A DNA stretch of 63,808 bases, counting the filler, from Nemertoderma westbladi (taxonomy: Eukaryota; Animalia; Xenacoelomorpha): NCBI GenBank assembly GCA_032718475.1. It is 4 parts of 4 records of this genome, joined end to end, with 100 filler letters (N's around TTAATTAATTAA, not from the genome) between each part and the next. Parts side by side here need not be neighbours in the genome. Positions count along the whole stretch, not along the records: positions 47,290 to 56,768 come from JAUCBJ010006349.1; positions 56,869 to 63,808 come from JAUCBJ010000460.1; 2 more parts are not named here. The stretch is one strand, 5' to 3'. Of the stretch, positions 48,180 to 60,588 are shown piece by piece (positions within the stretch are counted from its first letter, which is position 1; every line of letters begins with the position of its first letter). A model generated the notes under the pieces. It made no database searches. It was given only the letters and a program-made list of their open reading frames with translations, and was not told the DNA's origin. The position numbers and the translations under genes are program-made.

Positions 48180-49530
48180 TGCGTTTGGAGCTCATTTAAC
48201 CCATCATAGTAAACTATGTGCAGAACAAAGAGTCACTCAATAAATGACAACAAATAATAAGTTGGTCCAAGTTCCCAAGAAGGGTGACCTAACAATCTAA
48301 GAATCTTTCTGTACTACTACTACTATGATCGGCATGCTGCATTGCAGCTGCATTATATATATATATATATTACATATAATATTAAGAATACTGTGTCAGC
48401 TTGTCGATAAAATTGCGCCGCCACAACTCCCTATCACCCATGACATTTGCTAGATCATCCGCATCTTCAACCCGTATTCATCATCAATTCGTCCCATCCG
48501 TACCCCTACGTCATCATCAAAGTTTAGATCAGTAAGGTACAGTAAGGATCTTTCTGTGGAATATCATTGATATAGATTGCTGCAAAGATATACTATATAA
48601 TTCGTTTAAATCGCATCAGGAATACCATTGAGAGACTAATGGAGCTAATTTTGATACTTAGAAGGGATAATTGAAGAGTTATAAAAAAAGAAATACAGAC
48701 ATATGGCTGTTATCTTTGTTGAATTCTTCAAGGCCTTCAATTCAGTCTCTCACTCATATATGTCAGCATACTTTCAATCATGGTGATACACATCCATTCA
48801 AAGTCGTTTGGTTAGTCATCTCCATGGTGACACGCTTGCACCATTCTTATTCGTAATTGTTGTTGATTATATTCTACACATGTCCTTAGATCAGCCTATC
48901 ATAATGATGATGGGGTGGCTACCTAGTGGCTCCAGAAGTAGAGGAAATCTAGCCAAGTACCTAACGGATCCTGAATTTTTTGGTGACTTAGGAGGGTTAT
49001 TGGAATCACTAGAGGGAGCCCAAAGACTTCCTCGGCTCTTTATAACAGGCTGCTTCTAGTGTTGGTCTATATGTTAACTCCAAGAAAACCTACAATCTCA
49101 CAGTTAACTATGACATTCCTCGGGAAATGTCTGATCGTATGTGCATTGTGCATAAGCTCAAAGGATGGTATGCTTGAGCATGTGGAAGACTTCTGTTACC
49201 TGGGATCATGGATCCAGAGGTCAGGTGAAGGAAGACCTTCGAATATGTAAGGGGAAGTCATATAGGATACATCGGGAACTTTAAGGTGCAACTATTTAGA
49301 ATAGACGCAGTAGAACCAGTACTCTTCCTCTATGGAAGTCCATGCTGGGCTTTAGAGCAAACCAAATCTCTCGATGCCACAAATGCATGATTGCTATTCC
49401 AGGTTCAATGCATCAAGTAAAATGCACACATCTTCAACCAGATACTATATAATTATTGGAGGTGTTCCATTGGTCCCCCAAAGAGTGTTACTTGAACTGA
49501 ACAGAGCCACCCCTTTTTCGCAGGACATGT
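48180..49530 (+). mobile_element. Degenerate RTE RT remnant (plus strand)
   Basis: VPKKGDL, GISL..IAAKIY, GDTLAPFLFVIVVDY and FCYLGSW spread across frameshifts. Confidence 0.8.
48313..48542 (-). mobile_element. Short RTE 3'-end insertion with 15-bp TSD, nested in the older RTE
   Basis: (TAG)n tail and conserved 3' end; TAAGAATCTTTCTGT (48298-48312) / TAAGGATCTTTCTGT (48543-48557). Confidence 0.78.
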
Positions 49531-50502
49531 GGGTGCTTTTATACATGGGTAGAACGAATGAATTTGATTGTGGCACCATAGACTGAAGAAATGGAGGTGC
49601 TGCAGATGTTTGGATTTTATAGAGAAAACGTATTAAATTTATTATAAATTTTATAGAGACATTTATTCTATTTCCCAGTGAGTGAAAATTTTAGTTTTAG
49701 TAGTGGGATGACATTTGAAGTTTTCTACGCGTTTGGAAAGAATCTCCTTTCATTAGCATTTGATATATCTAGCTTGCTTAGCTAGAATGTTCCATACTTT
49801 ACATGACCGTAATTCAACATCTTTTATTTTTGAGCAGTTAAGCAGAGATGGGCAGCCGGAGCGGAATCTATACCTTCATCCAGGTAGCATTTACTGCTAA
49901 AAATTGAACAGAACACATTCACTTTTTTAGATGCCTTCCAGTTTGTGGTGTCCTCATGTACAATGGTTATAATTGAGATAGGGAGTTGTCGCTGTACAAT
50001 TTAGTCAACAAGACTGCATAGCATTCTTATTGCTGCATTACAGCAAGCCAAGTATGAATGGCATTGTGGGAGAACAAATTTTTAATGTTAAGCCATAAAA
50101 GCATCTCAATGTGCAGCTACAATGTAGCAGGCCGATTATAGATAGTTAGATGCTCTTTAAAGGTATGTATTTTCTGTGCAGCAGTTGAACGTGTGTTGCA
50201 TCCTGTGTAGCTCTAACTCCTGAAGACACTCTCGATGGCACATATTCCAGGATGCTATTGAAGGTGCATCCGTGCACAACATTGCATATGATGCACATAT
50301 ACGCGATTAGGTGCTATACAACAACTGCACCATCTCATTATCAAGTTGCCAAGATCAAATAACTGCTATTCTTTATGTTGGGATTTTGTTCCAATAAAGA
50401 TAATAACTATTTTCATACTTGTGTGTAAAGTAGCACTTTACAGTGTGATGATCCGAGTGGCTTTGTTACACGAACGAACGTTAGTGAGTGAGTGAAAATA
50501 AA

Positions 50503-50540
50503 AATGCAGCTGCAATGCAGCATGCCGATCCTAGTAGTAG
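50503..50540 (+). mobile_element. About 40-bp RTE 3'-terminus insertion
   Basis: AATGCAGCTGCAATGCAGCATGCCGATCCTAGTAGTAG flanked by an AGTGAAAATAAA duplication. Confidence 0.8.
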
Positions 50541-50979
50541 AGTGAAAATAAAGCCACGAGGATCAGAACACTGTAAAGTACTTTGCAACAAGTATGTATG
50601 TAGTTTTATTCGAAAATTTTAACATTACGAAATGATTGTACATATACATTATAAGTGATAGAAACTGCACAAATTATATTAGTTGCTGTATAAATAAATG
50701 TAAAAGTGACATAAATTATGTTATGAATAAGTTTGCTTATATTTATCGCGGCGTTTGGAGCCATGTTATAATAATATAGCTAGGCCCTACTGGTTATTAA
50801 TAGCTATACCCCGCCTACCGGTAGGTAATGCAGTAGGCCTATCTGGCTGTCAGGCAAATTTCCACCTATTGTTTACGTGGTATCCACTGACAGCGTTAAG
50901 TTATGTCCCCTTAGTGGACATTACTTAATGTCATCATGCATCGTTACGTAAACAATAACACCAAATATAATACTAAAAG

Positions 50980-51745
50980 TAATAATAATATAATAGTAAA
51001 ATATATATTTATTTATATAGCGCCAAATTTACATCATTTACGTACTCTAAGGCGCTGACAACACATAATACACAGTAATTAATAGTTCGTGACTGCAATG
51101 GCAATAGTTTGAGGTAAAATCAACTAAATTAATGTAGTAATAAAAAACCAACAATAAAAACATCATAAAATATAGTAAAAACAAACAATAAAAACGATCA
51201 TCGCAGATATTCCAATCTTACGGGTTAAGTTAATTAGTAATTAATGGCAATAGTTGTGAAATAAAATTATCCAATTAATTAATTAAAAAATGTCAGTCGT
51301 CCATAAAAACAAATAAATAATGTTTAGTTTAGAATTAACTTCATAGGCACAGCGTAATATAGGACACTAGTTCACGTGGTATTCCAGATTGTATAGGTGA
51401 GTTTTTAAACGTTTCTTAAAAATGCCCACATTCAATGATTCGCGTATGGCCGGAGGCAATGTGTTCCATACAGTTGGAGCAGCAATGGAGAACGATCGTC
51501 TACCATAATGTTCCGTATTGTAGCGAGGGACCACGAGTAAACCCAGCCCGCTGGATCGCATCTCGCGGATGGGTATGTGCGGAGTTAGTAAGTCGCTTAG
51601 ATACTTCGGGGCACAGTTATTTACGCATTTCCAAGTTAGCAAGGCAATTTTAAAGTCGATACGGCGAACTATAGGTAACCAGTGCAATGCTTTTAGGGTT
51701 GGAGTTATATGGTCCCTCTTCTTTACACCACATAGAAGTCGAGCT
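50980..51745 (-). mobile_element. L2-clade LINE 3' fragment
   Basis: HWLPIVRRIDFKI..APKYLSDLL..GRRSFSIAAPTVWNTLP..FKKRLKTHL; GGCGCTATATAAATAAAT-type tail on the minus strand. Confidence 0.85.
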
Positions 51746-51998
51746 AGAGAGTCGAGCTAGTCGAGCGAGAAATGTACAGGCCAATACAATGCTGTAATGT
51801 CCTCTAAAGTTGTAAAGTGCTAAATAACAACTCGCTGTTAATACTAACGGCGTTGAGTAATGTTACAATTTTGGAATAAAATTTTTTGATTGTTCTACCT
51901 CCACAGTACAACATACTTCCCATTCAATAATTTTTATATTGGTGTTTTCTATTTATATTATTTGATTATCTTTATTAGAAAAATTCTTCTCTCAATAG

Positions 51999-52158
51999 GT
52001 ATATGATGGTGCTAATTCTACTTCAACATTGCTGGCACGTTTAAGTGGAAATACACTACCAGCTCAAATAACATCGTCTACTAACGATCTATACCTTGTA
52101 TTTACTACTGATGGCTCAGTTACTAAAGCCGGGTTCTCGATAGACTATGAAAATATAG
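51999..52158 (+). CDS. CUB-domain protein exon, C-terminal half of CUB
   Basis: aatag| VYDGANSTSTLLARLSGNTLPAQITSSTNDLYLVFTTDGSVTKAGFSIDYENI |gtaagt; joins in frame as WDFLY-VYDG. Confidence 0.9.
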
Positions 52159-53022
52159 GTAAGTAGAGTAATATTCCAAGGAATCCATTCCATTATGCAC
52201 ATGATGAAACTGTTATTTTATCTATAGAATTTTATCTAAATGGATACAATTTCATTCGAGATATTCAGATTAACGCACTTTCTGAGTACCCCAATAATAG
52301 GGATGTGTGGATATTTTGTATGGAATCTACATTAGATGAGTTGTTGCGTGTATGCGGTGGCCCCTTGTAATATATTAACTTATCACTCTCAATGAGTTGA
52401 AAGAGCAGTTCAGTGCGTTAGCAAGGCTTCAGTGGGGGGGGGGGGGTGGTATCTACCTACACACAGGGATCGTTTAATTCGAACACAGATTATCAGCTGA
52501 AATGGCAAGTTTTATATCTAAAAAGGACTTCTCTCCGAAACTAAAGATGAAATGAAACAATAATTTTAGTGAATGAACAACCGAACTACAAGCTTGCCAG
52601 CCGAGGGCTGGCAATAATGGACGGATCCGTTGCTACCAATATTGTTGTAATAATATACGCGCCTATGCAGGGCAGCCTAATAATGAAAAACGAAACATTG
52701 GGCGATTTGTAAGGAATGTATCTCTACAATTCTGAACGAAATAAAGCGAAATTTTGCAGAAAGCATGTCCAATAGATGCTCCCTATGGGGTGTCGATAGA
52801 ATTTTGATTGAGTGAATTCTACGATTATGATCGGCCATTCTATAATTAATTTTACTGTAGCCAGGCAACCAACAGGTCCCTCGCAACCAAAACCTTGCAT
52901 ACATAACTAGGTCCGATATTGAACCATCAAAGTTTCATCCAATTCCATCAACATTAAGTGCAAGAAGTGTGTGTACAAACAAACAAACAAACACATAAAC
53001 AAAATCAAAACAATTTTATATA

Positions 53023-53685
53023 CACCATAACCCTTAATACAACAACCATTTTTAGGGGGTCGGAGCCCCCCCCCCCCCCCCTAATTTTTTTCAAATTTCA
53101 ATAAAATGCTACGAAATTTGGTATGATGATAGATCGACACCTTTTCTTACTGGTGGCCTGACCGGATTTTTCAATTTCTCAGTTATTTCCATACAACAAT
53201 CCCTTAAAAAATGTCTATTTAGCAATGTTTAACCACCTCCGTAGACTTTATTTTACGTCTTTGAAATGTAATATAGATATCATTAGATCCGCCTTCGTCT
53301 GTAGATTCCGAATCTGAAAACCGTTTTAAATTTAACCAATAATTGGTAAAGATATTATCAAAATACTAATGTGTAAATTTGGTGAAATTTACAACGGGTT
53401 TCATATTCGGAATATGCAGATGAAGGCGGTTCTAATGATATCTAGATTTCATTCCAAAGACGAAAAATAAAGCTGACGGAGGTGGCGAAATAGACGATTT
53501 TTAACGGCTTGTTGTATCGAAATAGCTCATAAATTAAAAAATCCGGCCAGGCCACCAGTAAGAAAAGGTATCGATCTATCATCATACCAAATTTCGTAGC
53601 ATTTTATTGAAATTTGAAAAAAATTATGGGGGGGGGGGGGGGCTCCGACCCCCTAAAAATGGTTGTTGTATTAAGGGTTATGGTG
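53023..53685. mobile_element. Palindromic (foldback) MITE with TA TSD
   Basis: TA|CACCATAACCCTTAATACAACAACC ... GGTTGTTGTATTAAGGGTTATGGTG|TA; the arms pair over most of the length. Confidence 0.88.
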
Positions 53686-53859
53686 TAACCTTATTGGGGG
53701 GGGGGGGGGGGGGGGGGGGGTAGGAGTGAAGACCAATATTTTTTGTAGTTTTTCCTTTTTAAATTCAGTTCGCCACCCTGCCACTTGTTAGATATGAGAA
53801 AACTGCAAAATCGGAAAATTTCGACCACCCCTAGTAGTCACTCTATGAATTTATCAAAA

Positions 53860-54958
53860 AGGTTTCAAAATGTGACAAAAAACCCGAGAACCTTGTAATG
53901 CTAGGAGCACCAATCGGGACAATGGCCATCCAAGACTGCTGCAATAGCAAAGGTGAGTGACCTGGCTACACTCAGCAGTAGCCTTTATCTTATGGACAGC
54001 CACCATGCATTCTTTCTTCCCCGGAACTCCTTCGCTATTCCCAGGTTATTATATTTCCTCCGAACGGCCCTGTATTTTACCTTCTCTAAACTCTTATCGA
54101 GGATCGAGCTACGATGACACACTGCATAGCGCTCTCCAGAAGGTGGCCAATGTAAAGATAGATGACCGTGCCTGGGTACAGGCCTGTCTCCCATCTCGGA
54201 TCGGTGGTCTCGGCCTGGGGTCTGCACTGCAACTCGCACCTCCCGCCTTCCTGGCTTCTGCGGCTGCATGCTTGTCCCTCCTCTCAGCTCGCCTGATCCC
54301 TCTTGGAGCTCCACAATCCACCCCCGAGTCTTTACCATCAATTCCACTGGCCTTGGATCTCTGGCGTTCCTCAGTGGCACCCGATGTTGAGACCCCATCC
54401 ACGGGGGAGCAGAGAATATGGACATATCATATCCACCAGGAGAACCTCTCTGCTCTCTGTCGACTGCCACACCGACGGATATTTACCGCTTAAATTCCCT
54501 GGACAACCACGTGTCGGGCTGCCGGCTTGATGCTTTACCTTCCAACTCCCTGAGTCTAAAACCCACCAACTCGCAGTTCCGCATCTCAGTCGCTACCCGT
54601 CTTGGCTGCAAAGTCACGAAACCACACAGCTGCACCAGGTGTGGTAGCGCTGTGCAAGTGGATGGGCTACACGGCCTCTCTTGTTCGAGAAGCGCAGGTC
54701 GAATTACGCGCCATGCAATGTTAAATGATATTGTTAAACATGCACTGGACGGGATGTCCCTGATACCCTGGAGCGAAGGTAAGACCTTAACCTGGGATGC
54801 CACTGTCATGGACCCACTAGTGCCCAGCCACCTTGCCACCAGCTACGCCTCTGGTAGACGTGTTGTGGAAGACCAGGAGCAACTTAAAACTCTTAAATAC
54901 CAGGAGCTACTGTAATAGACCGCGGCTACAAATTCTAACCCATAGCATTTGAGATGCT
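53860..54958 (+). mobile_element. Degenerate CRE-clade non-LTR retrotransposon 3' part (post-RT region, zinc knuckle, restriction-like endonuclease)
   Basis: QACLPSRIGGLGL..APPAFLAS; CTRCG..HGLSC..RH..LND; DG..LIPW..GK.L.WD.T; frameshifted. Confidence 0.8.
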
Positions 54959-54959
54959 T

Positions 54960-56035
54960 ATAAGTCCAGTCAGTTCTTCATAAAACTGGGCTGCTTGTTC
55001 TGGCTCGATGCATTGGTTGGACTGTCGTAACATAGAACTGTTGCCTTGGGATTCCCATCAAATGTTGCGATCATTACCCTGGAATTTATAGATTCGATGT
55101 TGTTTAGGGTCTTAGTACAAATGGGCTTAGCAGAATTCCTACTCCACCAATTGATGCATTGGCCGAGTTTCTTACTGCTGAGCTTGTTACTAACGTCGAT
55201 CCATTTCCAATATTATTGTACTTCATGGCAGTGTCTCCATGACAAATTCTTGGATGCAGATGATGTCGATGTTATATTCTATTGCCAGAGCGACCATGTC
55301 ACCCTGTTTGCTATGTGCTTGCAGCGTGCGTGCGTTCATTGTAGCAATCTTTAGTGTCTTTTTACATTTCAACAGGTTGGTTCTTCTTTCTTCTCTGTCT
55401 TCGGTTCCAGTGGCCAATTTATCGACCCCAGCCTGGTGTACCACTGAGAGACGCGGTCCTTGTTGACCCGGGCGACGACCGAGCCGGTATTTCTCCTGGA
55501 GGGTTCTCATACTCATATCTTTCAGTTGCGAGAGTAAACTGCTTGTGGTCGCAACTCCTACAAGGTGTCTTCGCAGTAGGTCGCCATTGGTTGATTACCT
55601 TCCGCCAACCTGTCAGCATGTCTAGCCATTGGTTGATTACCTTCCACCTATCCATGGCCTACAGCCCTGCTGCCGACTGTAGGGGTCCTTTTGTTACACC
55701 TTGAACCAAGTGTGCCTCCTGGGTTAGGTTACCTAACACTGGTAGAGGAGCTTCCAGTATAGACAGGGTGGGGCGTGTATCATCTCTATTGCAGATGCGT
55801 ATGAGCCTTTGCCTTCAATGGTGCCCTAGGCGCTATAGCCCTCAATGACTTATTTAGTTGAAGGGGCTAAAACCAACCCTCTCTTGATCAACTAAATAAT
55901 GAATAGGCTATGCTTATCGGGCCTGCCCTTCTGGGCTGACAGCTACAGGTAATACCACATTACTCCCATAGTGGTAGCAGGATCTGGGGACCTGACCTGA
56001 CTGCATGCCCTTTACTTCATGCTACTGCGGATGTA
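54960..56035 (-). mobile_element. 5' portion of an RTE-clade LINE (5' UTR and start of AP endonuclease)
   Basis: LKIATMNARTL..NIDIICIQE; the 5' boundary is approximate. Confidence 0.72.
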
Positions 56036-56768
56036 TATCTACTATATACCTATAAAAGGCAAATCTCTCTCTCTCTGTTGTGCTCGAACTCCTGCAAAAC
56101 GGGCGGAGTGATTGAGCTGGGACTTGGCATGTGTGTTTAACTTTAACAACTTTAACCAAAACAATAAACTAATTAGTTTACTGTATGTATAGAGGTTATA
56201 ATAAAGAAATAAGTGTTATAAAGGAATTAATAAGGATTGATTATATATTTCTTCAAATAAATCATGAAACGTGAATGAAAATCATGAATTGAAGTGCTTA
56301 AATAAGTTATTAAAAGAAATAGGCTTAATTAAACATTTTATATCAACACGAAGCAATAATAATGAATAGTATTTACCATATTATTACTATTATCATGTCC
56401 GAGATCGCATGACCTACAGTACTGAACAGTATGAGCAATTTACTCATAAGAAACTATGTGTCCAAAAAAATTTCTATATTCAACTCGGTTACTCTCTTTT
56501 TGAAGGTGTCGACCCCCACTAAATCGATAACTGCGAAGACGCATCTATATTGGGTTCCGGCGACTGAAACGTAGAATATCTTGAGAAATAATCACTCTAC
56601 GTTACGTGTAGTGCGGCCCAGTAGTCACAGTTGGTTTGTTTTGTATTGCTATTTTCCTTGACAATTTGAACTTTGAGCTGCAACATAAATTGACTGAAGT
56701 CAACTGAAGTTTGCAGCAATTTTTATGGGATCAGAAATACTATTTATAGTTTTGTAGCTAGGTTTTTC

Positions 56769-56868
56769 NNNNNNNNNNNNNNNNNNNNNNNNNNNNNNNN
56801 NNNNNNNNNNNNTTAATTAATTAANNNNNNNNNNNNNNNNNNNNNNNNNNNNNNNNNNNNNNNNNNNN
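56769..56868. other. Assembly gap with artificial linker
   Basis: N run with central TTAATTAATTAA. Confidence 0.97.
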
Positions 56869-57721
56869 ATCAAGGGCGAGGGTCACTGGTGCTCGTTCCA
56901 ATTGGCGGAATGTTGTGAAAGTTGTTGTCGGAATAATATTCAATGTAAAATATAAAATACTTATCTTAATAATAAAATTAATAAAATTTTTACTTGTTTC
57001 TTTATTTCAAGATTCTAATTTAGGTTTTTGACGCCCCTACCAGAATGGCGCTGGGTGTGTGTACAAAGTACAACCCTCTGGACCCTCCTAGATACGCCTC
57101 TGATTTCGCTAAACTGAAAAATGAGTGAACAAACTAACAAAGGTGGTGGTTTCCGCTTAATATTTTTTTTATCGAATAATAGTCCAATCTCCCGAACCAT
57201 TGAGCATATTTCTTTCATCTGTAAGAGTCCATCAGCCAATTTTCTGCAATTCGTACAACAACATATTATAACGAACCTGCCTATTAATAGGCCAGGGTAG
57301 TTTTTGTCAAGAGTTGAGCCGTTCAAAAACACGATGTGGTTATGTGTGTATGTGTGTACTGAGTTATAACCATCCAATATCTCAAAAACTCAAGCAGGTA
57401 CGCAAAAACTTTAATAACAAACTCTACATAGATTTTTGTTGCGCACAAGACTGTATATTTTTTGTGGCGTTTCAATCACGGGATCACTGAAAAATAGCGG
57501 TTTTGAAAATTTAATGTCGAATTTCACCGATTTCAACTCGTCGAGTAGGCACCAACTATTTTATTAGGGCTATTCAGTCAATTGAGCAACATATTTGAGC
57601 CTCAGAATCTTTTCAAATATCGCCAATATCGTACAGAACGTCGCCAAAATTTGTTAGTCCGATAAAAAACGCACTAATTCGTTTAAAAGAGTAAATTATT
57701 GGTTGCAGAATAATATGATTC

Positions 57722-58233
57722 AACTAGAAAAGCCAGCCAGCTGGCTGTAAGGAGACCGTCCATATAGACAAACGTAGTGTTAGTTGGGTCCCATCATTCA
57801 TTATCATCAAACTATAAACCATTTAAACGGCCCGTTGCTTACAATTCAATTACCTGGACTCCAATCTAACATAGCAGTGAGTAACCTTATAGATTATTGT
57901 CATAGGATTCACTGGGAAGAGCTATTCATCTGGTGGGAATACATTATACAAACTTACAGTTGATATTTGATTACTGTCTGGGTTACAGGGTTAGAGTGAG
58001 ATAGTAATCAATTTGGCAAGTAATATACAGTTGGATTGGATATATGCAGTTTGGGCTATCCATTCAATAAATAGTACAGTAGTAGTAGCTTACTAAGGCC
58101 CACATGAGTACCAGCAGCTGGTGTTTCTATCGTTGAGTTGATGGCAATTTTCGTGTTTTCATTTTTGCTCACTCACTGCGGTACTGGTTTGAGGGGCAGA
58201 TTCGCTTAAAGCCAGCTTGCTGGCTTTCTAGTT
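57722..58233. mobile_element. MITE-like element with hairpin+CTAG inverted termini
   Basis: AACTAGAAAAGCCAGCCAGCTGGCT versus AGCCAGCTTGCTGGCTTTCTAGTT. Confidence 0.55.
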
Positions 58234-58364
58234 ATATTTGAACAAAAGCAGAAAAGAATACGATAAAAAAGTAATATAAATAATTTGCGAATAACCCAAG
58301 TAAAAGTGATTGAACCTTAAAGCGCAGCAGTTACGAGTACTGTTTATTGTCTAACTTTCATTAT

Positions 58365-59224
58365 TGGTTCACGGTCCTTGACATAAGTGTTGGTTCACGG
58401 TCCTTGACATAAGTGACCATTATTACCGTAATGTGTGTGTGTGTGTGTGTGTGTTAGTGTGTGTGTGTGTCCAGAGCGATATCTCAGTTATTTATTAATC
58501 AATCGAAACAAAATTTGGACAAAAGTTAGATATAGGGATGGCGAAGGCTCATACAAAAAATTGGGTGTCGAGATGGTATTTGTGCGATGTGAGCGCTATA
58601 TTTGCGTGTTTTCGCATGGTTTAGGAAAAAGCTATCTTGTCATAGGGAACGCAATGAATGATTCTGATATTTGGCATGGAGGTACCTGAATTATTTCTAA
58701 ATCGATTAACGGAGGCCGATTTTAAAATTTGGACCTACATTATGACCTAATTGAAGATTTAATTAAGGTAATTAATTAGCACTGCTAGTACTGTCTGATC
58801 GTCTGCCTGTAGTAGGCATAGGCATACCGGACCGGTACTACCTGACCACTGTAGGCATATCTGCCTATCTTCATACTGTCATACCGGTAGGTCAGTACAG
58901 CAGTAGGTCCTACTGTCCTAGCCTAGCCCTAGCAGTAAATATAATATTTCGCCATGTTCGCAGGCGACTTCGCACCGTACCGGTATAAATGTTGGCGGAT
59001 GACGGGATGACGTCGTGTGGCGCGTATAATTACTTACCGGTTGCCGGTAGACGCCTACCCAACTCGTCACTGGTGGTCGTGGTCGTGGTGGGATGAGCTG
59101 AGCATGAGGTCGCCTACGATGGGAACAAGTGAAAAGGAAACATAGGCCTACCCGAACGAAAACGTATTATTATTGTACTGATTAAGTAGGAGGACCGTGA
59201 ACCCTCCAGGCTTGCCAGCTTGTG
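58365..59224 (+). mobile_element. Helentron-associated (HINE-like) element
   Basis: Subterminal IR GGTTCACGGTCCT (duplicated at the 5' end) / AGGACCGTGAACC, a (GT)n microsatellite and a short 3' stem-loop CAGGCTTGCCAGCTTG. Confidence 0.65.
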
Positions 59225-59330
59225 TATATTATTATTACAGTTTTATTTTCTGATTATCTGATTATCAATCTGACATTACAGCAGTAGTCTTGTGAAACGT
59301 GGCTATTCATGCTAAGATAGATCACATAAT

Positions 59331-60483
59331 GGGTAAATCTTTTCGACCTACGCGTAGGCCTACGCGTAGCTACGCGTAGCTACGCGTAGTTCGCAACATT
59401 GGGTCATATATCACCAGTTTCAGAGTTTTAACAATAACTACGCGTAGGTGCTACGCGTAGCTACGCGTAGGTGCTACGCGTAGCTACGCGTAGGTCCTAC
59501 GCGACCTACGCATAGGTGCTACCCATAACTATGCCTATACGTCAGTACGTCGTTTATCATTAGTAGGCTTACGTATTCCAAGCGAGTCAGTACTAAAATA
59601 AGACACAATACGGTATGTTCAATAAACAACCCACAACCATCAAATGCTTTCAACAGTAATGTATCCTATACCTGTATACTCTATATAGAGGAATACGCGA
59701 AAACTACATATTCTTCACTTCATGCGTTGCGGGCGGTAAAATGTGTTAATAATTAATGTTTAGAGTTCAAAAATAGTTTACAAAGGAAATAGGCCGATGG
59801 TTCTTATCGATTCTCTATGCTTTTTATTGCCTTTGTTCACGATAGGGCAAGGATATACTGTATTTAATATGTTAACCCCTTGACAAGGGAAGGGGGAGAC
59901 TAAATTGTCTACCATGATTGGTTGCACTTGTCATTTGACCAAACAATTTGATTATATGCAGTATTTATCAGCTTTCGCTTAACCTCTTCACCGGTAGACT
60001 GGTCGCTTTATTTACTACTGTTCAATATTTAAATAATCCAATGGAAACAAAGATACTTGAATCATGAGACGTGAATTTCAAGTTTATTTTTTATTCATCC
60101 TCTGTGTTTGTATGTGAAAGAGCCGAATATTATTTATTACCAGTGCTGTATGTAGAGATATGAGTTTCCGATTCTGTTATTACATTTGTCTGATAATCAG
60201 ATACCTGACATATACCGATACTTGCCTAACAACTCAACCCTACCGGACCTGAAATGAAAAATCATTGTTATCAGGACTGCTACGCGTAGCACCTACGCGT
60301 AGTTTCAAAATACCTACGCGTAGTTCCAAAATAACTACGCGTAGTTTTAAAACACCTACGCGTAGTTGTTAAAAAGGCAGTAAGTCTGGCCCTACCGGTA
60401 AATGACAGGAATGGAAGTTACAAACTACGCGTAGCTACGCGTAGCTACGCGTAGGCCTACGCGTAGGTCGAAAAGATTTACCC
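59331..60483. mobile_element. Non-autonomous TIR transposon (Merlin- or MuDR-like) with perfect 8-bp TSD CACATAAT
   Basis: About 60-bp TIR GGGTAAATCTTTTCGACCTACGCGTAGG...; TSD at 59323-59330 and 60484-60491; many CTACGCGTAG palindromes. Confidence 0.9.
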
Positions 60484-60588
60484 CACATAATTACAATTAA
60501 GATTACAACTACCAGACTGCCGTTTCTATCAGAACAATAACGCAATTTTATCTGATTACAATACTGCAATAGGCCTACAACAAATACA

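Noticed and set aside
48313-49530. Twin-priming 5' inversion of a single RTE
   Set aside because: The minus-strand piece has its own 15-bp TSD and the plus-strand RT motifs continue across it, so these are two insertions.
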